From Neovahlkampfia damariscottae (lineage: Eukaryota): DNA of 20,000 nucleotides. Position numbers and translations under genes: made by a program. The notes under the pieces are model-generated. The model worked only from the letters and a program-made list of their open reading frames with translations. It was not told the DNA's origin and did no database searches. Within the stretch, counting starts at the first letter, position 1. Every line of letters begins with the position of its first letter. The DNA is taken from assembly GCA_016618085.1 (NCBI GenBank), contig JABLTG010000109.1, forward strand, positions 47,575 to 67,574, in the 5' to 3' direction. Below are positions 1 to 10,598 of the stretch, piece by piece.

Positions 1-849
1 TTCATTCTTTTTCCTGCATAATGTTTTTGATTTTCAACTAAATGACGTTCTTGAATACCTGTATCAACCCATCCTGGAATAAAGAATGAAATATTAATTC
101 CATCATTGTAAATTTCATTTCTTAATGACTCAAAAAATCCTTGGACAGCAAATTTGGAAGCACAATATCCAGTCCTAAAAGAGACACCAACATGTCCTGT
201 GATGGATGAAAGTATACCTATAGAACCTCTAATTAAAAATAATTAATTTAGTTGATTTGGATTTACTTCGATTTCTTTAAATAAGGCAACGCTGCCATCG
301 CAAAATGAACCATTCCATAAAAATTCACGTTCATGATTTTTCTGGAAAAAATTTTAATTCAATTTTTGAGTTTTACTCTATGATGGATTTATCTTTCATG
401 TCTTCTAATTTTATAGTTGCTGAAATTCCAGCATTTAAGAATAAAATATCAAGTCCTCCAAATTCTTTTGTTCCTTGTTTTACAACTTCAAAACATTCTT
501 CTTCTTTTGTAACATCACATTTTAAATAAAATGTTTTCGCTCCTAATTGCTCACACTCTTCTGCTACTTGTTTCAGTATACTGTTGTTTTAAAAGTTAAA
601 ATTTGTTACTCTTCAGAGCGAGCACAAAGGATCAGACTTGAAATTTTAGAATTTAATAAATGTTTACTTTGTTTGATATTTGGCTATTCTTTTTGCAAAC
701 GCTGCTCCAATGCCCATTGAAGCTCCTGTTATCAAAACAGTTTTTTTTGTGAAGTATTGTTTTATTTGATCTTCTTTATTTGGTTTAAATAGAAAAGAAG
801 TGATGAGATAGATTAAAGTTATTGTTAAAAGTGCATAAAACCACATCAT
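1..849 (-). CDS. Membrane-anchored short-chain dehydrogenase/reductase (DHRS7/11beta-HSD-like); 3' end runs off the window
   Basis: N-terminal TM helix, then TGASMGIG (TGxxxGxG), FLNAGI and YCASK (YxxxK). The frame is restored by GT-AG introns 637-667, 581-609, 342-376 and 229-266. Confidence 0.9.
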
Positions 850-885
850 CCTCTATTCGTAATTTTGTCCAATCATACCTCAGCA
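850..885. promoter_or_regulatory. Minimal bidirectional promoter region with a CCAAT box
   Basis: 36 bp lie between the divergent start codons (849- and 886+). They contain GTCCAATCA, with CCAAT at 869-873. Confidence 0.6.
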
Positions 886-3648
886 ATGACGAAATTGAAT
901 TATTTGTTGTTGTTTATTTTTTTTTGTGTCTCAGTTCAGGAGACTTGTATATCATGTACTAATTCTTCAAAAGGTAAAAATAACAAAAATAATAAAAAAA
1001 ACAGTTTGGTGTGGACTAGAAAATAAATGCGTTGATTCTGAAAAAAGTTGTCGGAAAATTAAAAAAATAACTTTGTGGAAGAAAAATTATATTTCAAGAA
1101 ATAATTGTCAAAATGGAGTTTATTCAAAAATAGAAGAATGTCCAACTTTTGAAGGTTTGAATTTTTTTTTTAATCTTTCAATACAAAAGTTAAATTTCTT
1201 CGAGATTTTCCAGATTATTCAACAAACCATGTATTTCCGTTGTATGTTCAACCAATTTTAAGCTTTAAAAAAAAACTAAATGACAAAATTATTATTGGAA
1301 GTTACTTCAAAAAAAAACCTAAAAACCTTCAAAACTCACCACTATTTTTTTCATATTTATATCACGTCAACCAAAAAAATGCTTATAATATTAATAAAAA
1401 GAAAATATCATTTCATGATCTGACAATTGTTGGAGTCCCTGGAAAGTACTCAATTGGAATGGTAATTTTGAAAGATCAACAATGCCTTCATATCAACTCA
1501 AAAACTGATATTTATCATCATAATTTAGTTGAAAGTATATATTATGGACCTCATGTTTATGTCGGAATTCCTTTATTATTTCTTGGAGTTAGTTTATCCA
1601 TGTCTTTATTTTTATTTTTCAAGAAAAAAATAAGACCTCCAGTGAAAATTTTGAAAGAAAAGGAACAACAAGTGAACCATTTCTTGGATATTGAAAGAAA
1701 ATTTGATGTCAAAATGACACTCCAAAATCGTTTTAAGCAAATATTTTTATCCTTATTTATTGATAACAATGATTTAGTTCGGAATTGTGGAACTGATTCA
1801 TATTATTATACTTGGTTCAACAAATATTTAATTATATATTCTTTTATTTGTGGTTTATTATCAATCATTTTTTTATTACCAATTTATTCAAACTCAAATG
1901 ATTTCAAAATGTATACTGATTTTTCATCAACAACAATTGCATCTATTGATTTTAGAATATCAAATTATTCATTGAATCATTTATTATTTACTATTATTTA
2001 TTTAATTTTTGGAATTTTCTTTTTAAAGAAATTGAAATTTCTATCCAATATTTTGATCAAAGGAAATAAAGATTATAGCTCATTATATACAGTCATGATT
2101 ACAAATTTGAATCCAAATTTAATTAAACAAGAAGAATTACTTCAGGAATTTCAAGAACGTTATGGTATGAATAATGTACTTTCTGCTCATGTATCTTATG
2201 ATTTAAGTAGAATTTCAACGTCAATCAAAAAAAGAGAAGAATTATCAACTATTTTAGAAATGAAGAGGAATGAGTACTTACAAACTAATATTAGACCAAG
2301 TCATAAATCAAAAATATTTGGAAAAAAAATTGATTCAATTGATTTTTATCAAGAAGAGATTATGAAATTAAATGAAATTATTAAACTTGAAAAAATGAAA
2401 GAAGTTCAAGGAACTGGTTATGGATTCATTACTTTTAATTCAATTGAGCTTGCAAGGAAATGTATAAATGAGAACTCATCCTGGGATATTTTTGGTTTTC
2501 CAATTTTTTGTTTGAATTATGAAATTGAAAGTGCACCTGAATTTGATGATATTTTTTGGGATAATATGAGTATTGGAACCATTAGAAGGACAATTACTTC
2601 TTGGATCTTTAATTTATTATTGTTGATTTTTTTATTTTTGATTTATATCATAACCTATTTTACGTCGGTTTATCTTTATAAAAAATATCAATGGAGTTCT
2701 TGGCTGACAGATTTTATATCTGAATTTCAATCAACAAAAGGAATTTTAAGAGTATTATTTGAATTATTACCAATTTTAGTTTCAATTTTAAATGAAGCAA
2801 TTAAACCAATCATTGATTTAGTTTCAAGGTTTGAGAGTCATATCACAAGAATAACATATTCGACTTCAATATTGAAAAAGACACTAACAATGATGTTTTT
2901 CAATTATCTCATTTTTCCACGCTTGTATTCATATTTTGTTGGTATTTGGTCAGTTCCATTTTCTGATGAACCTTTTAACAATTATATTTATTTTTTCAAT
3001 TTAAATGGTGTATCAATACTTCAACAATCAATTGCCCTTTGTACAATTGCCAAAGGATTAGAATTATTTTTCTTATTTATTGGTCAAATGGTGAAGTTAT
3101 TTCTTCATGGATATATTGAAAGACCAAAATTTGATTATGAAGGTAATCTTGCATTTAGAGTTGTATTTTTGATATTATGGTTGGTATATGGCTCAATTCA
3201 ACCGTTAATATTTCCATTTATCTTGTTGTATTACATTGCGACTTATGTATTGGATAAAATTTTGATAATGTATCTTTATGAAAGATCAGAAGATTCAAAT
3301 GGTCATGCAATCAAATATGTGTATGAAAATCTCTATTATTACTTCATCATTTTTCCATTTATCGTTTTACTTCTGACACCTTCAAGTTTATTGATGTTCA
3401 AAACTTGGATTTTATATTTACCATCAGTTTTTTTATTCATTTATTATTTGAGATATTTGAAGAGAACTGATAAACAAAAAGAGAATTTGATAATTTACGG
3501 AAACAAAATTGATGATAGTTCAAATGGGAATATTGATGTTTCGATTCTTGTTGGAAAAGAACAAAAGTTGTCATTTGAAGAAATTGAAATTGATTTTACC
3601 AAGATTTCAGCGAAGTATCAACATCCATATTTGAAATTATTAAAGTAG
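886..3648 (+). CDS. OSCA/TMEM63 (CSC1-like) channel with N-terminal signal peptide and Cys-rich extracellular extension
   Basis: ATG at 886 (MTKLNYLLLFIFFC...). Introns 974-1004 and 1155-1189 join it in frame to the 802-aa ORF. OSCA-type motifs: CGTDSYYY, LLPIY, YTVMITNL, GYGFITFNS, APEFDDIFWDNM, followed by several TM helices. Confidence 0.85.
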
Positions 3649-3774
3649 ATATTTGAAATTGTCCAATGAAATGAATTTATTTTTTAATAAACTTCTATCG
3701 GAAAAACCAAAAGAAATTATATCAAGCACGCTTGAATTTTAGTAACAAAGTATGTCCATCAAGGATTAATATTC

Positions 3775-3976
3775 ATCTTTCTTGGCCACACGGCTTTAAT
3801 CAAGTGTAGCATCTATTTATATCAGTTTAACAACTGATATAAACTTCACGTAGGAACTGAGATCCTCATTGTTAGCTTATTGTTTTAAGGGGCTATAATG
3901 TTGTATCTTATTGATTAATTTCAATTTGAGATCCTCATAGCAAGTTTCTTCTTGACCTGACACTTCATGTCAAGTT
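3775..3976 (+). ncRNA. U2: U2 spliceosomal snRNA (divergent)
   Basis: 5' part ATCTTTCTTGGCCACACGGCTTTAATCAAGTGTAGCATCT aligns with canonical AUCGCUUCUCGGCCUUUUGGCUAAGAUCAAGUGUAGUAUCU. Stem I is GCC-ACAC-GGC. Stem IIa is 3816-3825/3834-3843 (10 bp) and its loop TTTAACAA is complementary to TTGTTAG at 3869-3875 (IIc). Stem III closes 3892-3896/3937-3941. Stem IV is CTTGAC/GTCAAG at 3951-3974. The ends are approximate. Confidence 0.88.
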
Positions 3977-4149
3977 TGATTCACCCATTTGTCAATCAAA
4001 AGAATTTTTCAATTTTGAGATTTTTTGTTGTCCAAAAAAAAAGAGAAAAACAATAAAAAACTAACACCCATTTCTTTTTTTTATTGGTCAACTTTTTACT
4101 GTCCATTATTGGTTCATTGATTTTAAACGTCTCGTGATTTGAAACGTTG

Positions 4150-5548
4150 ATGAAACCATTTTTTCGTTCCAAGATATCAGATTCATCTATTTATGATTCT
4201 GATTCTGATGACGAATTCAATAATTTGAGTCTGGCTAGTATCACTTCTCAAAGGTAATTCACAAAAAAAAAAAATGTAAAAAAAACAGATCACTTAAAAC
4301 CATCATAAGAAAAGGAGACAAAGATTTATTTCCTTACGAACCTTTCTTTTTTAATGAGAATGGTGAAATAAAATTTGTTCTTTTGGGCTCTTCAAGAAGC
4401 GGAAAATCAGGTCAGTTTTATCCTTGTTCTCTAACTTTTTTTTTTTGAAACAGGTACCATAAAAGCATTCTTTTCTCATTAAATTTTTAAGCTTTACTGA
4501 AACAGATACATTTTTACTTTACAAAAAATCCATATGAAAATTCAAATTATAAAGGTGTTATCCGAACCAATGCAGTGTTAGCAGCAAAAGAAATTTTAAA
4601 AAAAATGAAAGAAGAAAATAAAAAAATTCATGGTAAAAAAAACCGAAAAATAGCAGAAAAACTACTTGCTATAAATCAAGAAACAATTTTGAATCTTGAC
4701 ACTTTATATGATGTTGAAAAATTTGGTGATGACATTGGTAAGCAAATAAACAACCAATTATTTACACTTTAAAAAAAGGTAAAATTTGGGACAATCCTGA
4801 TGTTCAAAATTTTTATTTTTCGACTGGATTTAGGGGGGAAGATAATTTTGAACATTATTTGAATTCAATTGAAAGAATTAGTCAATTAAGATATATACCA
4901 ACTAATTTTGATTTGTTATCTTCAAGAATCAAAACTATTGGAATAGCAGAAGAGAATTATATTTTTAAAGAGTTTAAAATAACAACTATTGATGTAGGGG
5001 GAACAAGAAATGAAAGAAGAAAATGGATTCATACTTATCCAAATTCTTGTGGTATAATTTATACAATTTCCTTATTGGATATCTCAAGATTTTTATATGA
5101 AGATAAAAAAATATTGAGGGTAGATGATTCAATTCTACTTTTTGAAAATACAATTAATAATCCAAATTTAGAGCATCTTCCTTTTGTTATTTTATTCACT
5201 TCAGTTGATTTACTTGATAGAGAATTAAGATATTTTGATATAACTTCAAATCCATTTTTTAAGAAATTTAAAGGAAATAGATTCAATGTTTTGGAAGTAT
5301 CTGAATTTGTTAAAGATAGATTTTTTGATAGAATTGAAAATTTTGAACAAAAGAAAATACGTTCTTATTTTATTGATTTATTAGATACAGAAATGGTAAA
5401 ACAGTTACTTGGTTGTATTTTAGGTCAAACTTTAGTCTCAGTTGATTCAAGAAAAATTAGTTATAGGTCCTTAAATAGAAAAAATCCAGACTTTTTTCGT
5501 TATTCATTTATGAAGTTTATAGATGTTGAAATTAACTGTTTAGAATAA
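4150..5548 (+). CDS. Divergent heterotrimeric G-protein alpha subunit-like protein
   Basis: Introns 4254-4288, 4411-4491 and 4738-4778 give a continuous frame: KFVLLGSSRSGKSALLKQI (G1), IGKIWDNPDVQ, SRIKTIGI (G2), DVGGTRNERRKWIH (G3), ILFTSVDLL (degenerate G4). Confidence 0.88.
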
Positions 5549-5576
5549 AAAAATTGTAATTTCTTTATCAAAATTT

Positions 5577-6610
5577 TTATAAAGTTCCAACTCCAAATGC
5601 AATTCTCAACTGTTCGTATAAAGGTAATGAAAAAATGAAATGTGGTCCAAGTCTTAAATAATTTGGTAAAAATCCACGATATAAAGCTAATATTCCTTCA
5701 TTTCTAATTGTTTTTACAAGACAATCAAGTGAATTTTTATACAATGCGTCTTTAGCTGTAGATTTATCATTCATTAATCTTGTTTTGATGACATCAACGG
5801 GTGAAGTAGCAGTTGTTGTTACAAATCCAGATATCAAAGCACCTAATAAAAAAAATTTTAAACTTTTCAAAAAAATTGAAAGTACTTGTGAAATGTGTAA
5901 TGAAATCATCATTGAAATATTTTGTTTTTAATAACATATGTTTAGAATGATCATATGAACTTAATTGAGCAGATGTTAAAATGGCTGCTCTTAATGTAGT
6001 TGCTCCAACACCTTTATAAAGTCCTCTAATTCCTTCATCTTTCCATATTTGATAAAATGCATGAAAGGTATTTTTATATCTTGTTGGTTGTCCTGGTACT
6101 CTGATTTCTCCTTGTATTCTAATTTTAACTACATCTGCTGGATTGATTAAACAAGATCCAAGTCCTCCTGAAACAAATCCTGCAAGAATTTTGTTTGTCA
6201 AAGTTACTTCTTTGTCATCACCAACTAATATTGTACGAACTGGTTCATATAAACCCATTCTAATGGAACTATAACTTCCTTCTCTCAACATGGAGGCTGC
6301 TAAACCTCTCTTCCAAAGTGTCAATACTCCTTCTTTTCTGTGGTGTGTTAACTTTTTTAATTTTTTTTTTTTTTTTACTCAACAATTTCTTTTGTGCAAT
6401 CAAAAAATGATCTAAAAGTTGATACTTTTGTTTTTTGAAGTTGGCCTTTTGTTTGTAGCCTAACTTTTGTTAAATCCCTTATTGTTTTGTTTTGTTAATA
6501 ATTTGATAAAATTACATTGGATTTAGTATACCACTCATAATACAACATGAAATTCCTCCTGCAAGAAATTTACCAGGTGCAAATTGGTGGACTTTTTTTT
6601 GTTCAGACAT
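5577..6610 (-). CDS. Mitochondrial carrier (SLC25), UCP/dicarboxylate/oxoglutarate-carrier-like
   Basis: Three Px[DE]xx[KR]x[RK] signatures: PMDLTKVR, PADVVKIR, PVDVIKTR. Also REGSYSSIRMGLY and YLRLGP. Introns 6478-6515, 6338-6378 and 5843-5885. Confidence 0.92.
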
Positions 6611-6762
6611 GATGGATTTTATTGGTCGTTCGGAAGAACTATTTTTAACAATTAAATTCTTATTTTTTTTAAAAAAAAATAACTCTATTTTAAACTCTCC
6701 AAAAACAGTCATTTTTCATTTTTTGACGAATCACAAATATTATCGTTAAAACTTGGTAACTG

Positions 6763-8667
6763 ATGAACATGTTCAATTCAGTAGTTAATGATGACTTAGA
6801 ACCTGACACTCAGTGTAACAATAAAAATAACTTCTTAACTTTAACAGCGCAAATAAGAAAAAATAGTCTTGGTTTATTAACTCTACGAGACAAACGAAAA
6901 TCAGAAGAAGAAACTGAAGAAAAAATTGGAAGAGAAATAGTTGAAAAACAAGCAATTCTAAATTGGATAAACCGTATATTATTACCAAATGGAATTAAAA
7001 TTGAAAATCTATGCGAAGATTTCAGTTCTGGTTATAATTTCTGTATTTTAGCAGAAAACCTCACAAGTTAAAAAAATAAATCAATTTAACTTTGTTTAAT
7101 AGCAAAAAAAATAAAAAAAAAAATTGATAAACCAAAAAATCAAACTCAAAAAATATCAAACGTTTCTTTGGGTAAAATAAAAGAAATTAATTTTTAATTC
7201 ATCAAAGGTTTGGAAACATTAAAAAAAGAAAATGTTCATACTTATGGATGTAGTCCAAATGATATTGTATCATGTAATGAAAAGATATTACTTTCTTTAT
7301 TATGGAAAATAATAATGAAATATCATCCAAATCCATCAAGACTTCAAGAAATTATAGATGCTAATGAACCAAAAAAAAGAGATATTTTATTAAAATGGTG
7401 TCATGAGATTTGTAATGAAGAAAATATCAACATTTCTGATTTTAAAACTAATTTTTCAAATGGTATTGGTTTATGTATTTTAATGAATTTATTTGATTCA
7501 TCATTTTTTGATATTGAAAAAATTAAAAAAGAATCAATTGAAGGAAATTATCAAACACATATAAATTTAATTAAAAATGCAATGATTGCTGGTATGAAAT
7601 TTGAAATTGAATGTTTTATTGATGCTTCATCAATTCAAGATTGTTCTGAAGAATATTTATTTGTTTTATATTTAAATCAAATTCATCAAAAAATCGAAAA
7701 ATTAAAATCAAAAAAAGAATTGACTTCATTAGAAAGAACAAGATCATTTTTTAAAAATCTTGAAAAAAATAATGAAAATAAGGAAAAATCTGAATCTACA
7801 TCAACTCCAACAACACCAAGATTTCAAAATTCAAAAAAAGAAAAAGTCAATTTATTAAAGGAAAAACAGCTTCAAGATGATTTGTCAAATGAAAAATCAA
7901 AACATTTAATTACATTTAACCAATTAGAAGTATCAAAAAAAAAATTGAATGAATTATCAAAAAAAGTAGAAGAAAATGAAAATGAAATTGAAAGATTAAA
8001 AATTGAAAATGAAAAAAATTCGGAAATTTTAATTGAAAGATTAGATGTTCTTCAAAAAGAAAATAAAAATCAAATTGAAAAAGCAGAATTAGAAATGATT
8101 GAAAAAGATGTAATGATCAAAAAATTAATTGAAGAAAAATCAAAACTTGAAGAACAAAATGAACTTTTAAAATCTCATCATTCCAATGAATCAAAAGAGT
8201 TTAAAGAAAAATATGATTCGTTCATTTCAGAACAAAGCTTACAAAGTGAAATTAAAAATTTAAATGAAAGAATTGAACAATATACTAAAGGAATAATGAA
8301 AGTGCAAAATAAACATGTGAGGGAAATGGAAAGATTATCATTGGAAAATGAATACAATTTAAAAAATTTAACTACTTCATTAGAAGAAAAAATGAAATTA
8401 AAAGAAGATGAATTGAATTCAAAATTTGATTTAGAAAAAAATGATTTGATTGAAGAATTTGAAAATAAAATCAAATTGATGAAACAAGAATACGAAACAG
8501 ATATTAATATAATTAAATCTCAAAGAGATTCAATGCAAATGACTTTGGAAGAATATAAAATTAATAATGGATCTATTGATTTGAATAAAAATAAAAAAAC
8601 ACCAATGGTTCTTTCGTCAAAAGCGAAAACGTTATTAATGGGTGATGATGATCAAAAGTCAAATTAA
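6763..8667 (+). CDS. Tandem calponin-homology (alpha-actinin-type actin-binding) domain protein with long C-terminal coiled coil
   Basis: CH1: ILNWINRIL...NLCEDFSSGYNFCILAENL...DIVSCNEKILLSLLWKII. CH2: LLKWC...ISDFKTNFSNGIGLCIL. An E/K/L-rich heptad region follows. Introns 7067-7102 and 7172-7207. Confidence 0.88.
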
Positions 8668-8737
8668 ATTATTTTTTTTTATTAATCATTTTTTTGCACT
8701 TTTCAATACAACGGGATTTGTTGGACAAATTTGGTGG

Positions 8738-8820
8738 TGATTGGACCTGTTTCAAAAAGAAGTTGATTGGTTTACCTGATTTGGACGTTTTTTTTTAACG
8801 TCTCGTGTTTTTGATTGGTT
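8738..8820. promoter_or_regulatory. Cluster of three inverted CCAAT boxes plus an AACGTCTCGTG element
   Basis: TGATTGG with ATTGG at 8740, 8766 and 8814. AACGTCTCGTG at 8797-8807 also occurs at 4126-4136. Confidence 0.55.
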
Positions 8821-8844
8821 AAATTATCTGAATTTGGTTGAAGG

Positions 8845-10466
8845 ATGAAGTTTACTACAACACTATTACTTATCACACTTTTTTATTTTAATTTTGCTCA
8901 TCAAGTTAATGTATGTAAAAATAACGAAGACTGTCTCAAAAATCAAATTTGTAACTCAAAAAACGTTTGCATTGAAAAGTCCGAACTTTTCTGCCAAAAC
9001 GATTTGTCTTGTCAACTAAGACATGGTAAAAATTCACGTTGTATACTCAAAACGAATGAAAAATTTGGAAACTGTCAACAGCTTTACACTCCAGGTGGTC
9101 CATGTAAATCAAACGCAGAATGTTCAGCAACAGAATACTGCACAGGAGATAAAAAAACAAACAAAGTTGGAAAATGTACAACTAGACCATCCAAATTTTG
9201 TCAAAATATTACTCAATGTAAAGTTGGTGAAAAATGTGAAAAAATAACACGTAAGAAAATAAATTAAACCTCACAAATTTTTGAACAGACAATCTTGGAT
9301 TTTGTAAACCTTTTGATGATGGTGTAAGTTTAAAAAAAACATCAATGCATCATCTCATTAAAGACAAATTTATTCCACCAATAACACCAGAAGCTTATGC
9401 TGCTGCACCTATGAATATTGGTGAAAAAAACACACATAAATGTGGTATGGAAGATTTTGATGTTGGTATTTCTTCAATTGCTGCTACTTGTAACAAACAA
9501 TATACATGTGATTCAGTTGCAACAAGAGATAAATATTCAACACCTCCTTCTGGAAATGCTACTGTATATAAAATTCGTTGGTTATTTTTCAAATGTGGTT
9601 CTGGTTGGGAAACAAATGCTCAAACAAGAATTGCTGAAGCAACAGGTGATCTCAACACATACTTCAAAGATATTGGTTATCAATTCAATTCATATTATAA
9701 TGAATACACTTGTCAAGGAAGTGGTACAACAAATAATGATCAATTTACTCAAAATACGGCATTTCAAGCTGTTACACGTGAGATTGGAGCTGGTTTTCAA
9801 GCAACTGGTTTTCTACATGTTGTTGTTGGACAACCAAGTGATGATCAGATCAATGGATGGTTCTTTTTGCCAGGTAGTACTTCCTCAGGAACAGGTTTTA
9901 TGCATACAAGAGTTGTAGCAAAAGGATATTCAACTTTGGCTCATGAATTAGGACATGGTTTTGGTTTGTATCATACATTTCGAGGTATTTCTGAAGTAAC
10001 TACTTGTTCAGATGGTTGTAGAGAAGATACTGTAACATCTACGAATGATGTAGGTGATTTTTGTGCTGATACTCCTCCTGTTGGAAAGAATTGGGATTGT
10101 ACTTCACCTTCAGAAGATACAAAAAATGGAAAAGATCCATGTAGTTCAAAGAATACTTGGAATCCAAATCCTTATCAAAATATTATGTCTTATGGAAATT
10201 GTAGATATCAATTTACAACTCAACAAAAATCAAGAATTAGATGTTTTCAAAATGAATATTTGAACTTTTTAAAGGAAGATACAAATCCTGTTCAAAATCC
10301 AGCTTCAAGTACTCTTCCAACTCCAGCTGTACCAAGAATTTCAATTACTTTTTGTGCTGGATTTCCATGGGTTTTTCCATTTCCATGTCCTTTTGGTGCT
10401 GCTTCATCAGCTACTTATTCATTGATCGGAATTGTAACTTTATTGTTTTATACTCTTCTTGCATAA
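8845..10466 (+). CDS. Secreted, probably GPI-anchored M43 (pappalysin/ulilysin-type) metzincin with N-terminal Cys-rich repeats
   Basis: Signal peptide and Cys-rich repeats. Intron 9251-9288 joins the two ORFs in frame. HELGHGFGLYH zinc motif, GDFCADTPP, NIMSY Met-turn, and a hydrophobic C-terminus preceded by GAASS. Confidence 0.88.
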
Positions 10467-10598
10467 AAAAAAAATTAAAAATTTGTTTGAAAGAATTTGA
10501 AAACTTGTTTCATAAAAGAAGAAAATTTTTTTTTCAATTTTGATAAAAACTGATTGGTTCATTGATTTTAACCAATAGAATCATTTTTTACTGACTCA

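Noticed and set aside
853..878. Possible 26-nt 5' UTR intron (GTATGA...GAATAG, - strand) upstream of the SDR
   Set aside because: It is shorter than every supported intron, has no reading-frame evidence, and contains the CCAAT box.
4418..4435. TATCCTT and TTCTCTAAC resembling U12-type intron signals
   Set aside because: TATCCTT is preceded by T (not GTATCCTT or ATATCCTT) and is not at the donor required by the reading frame. The branch-like sequence fits an ordinary CTAAC.
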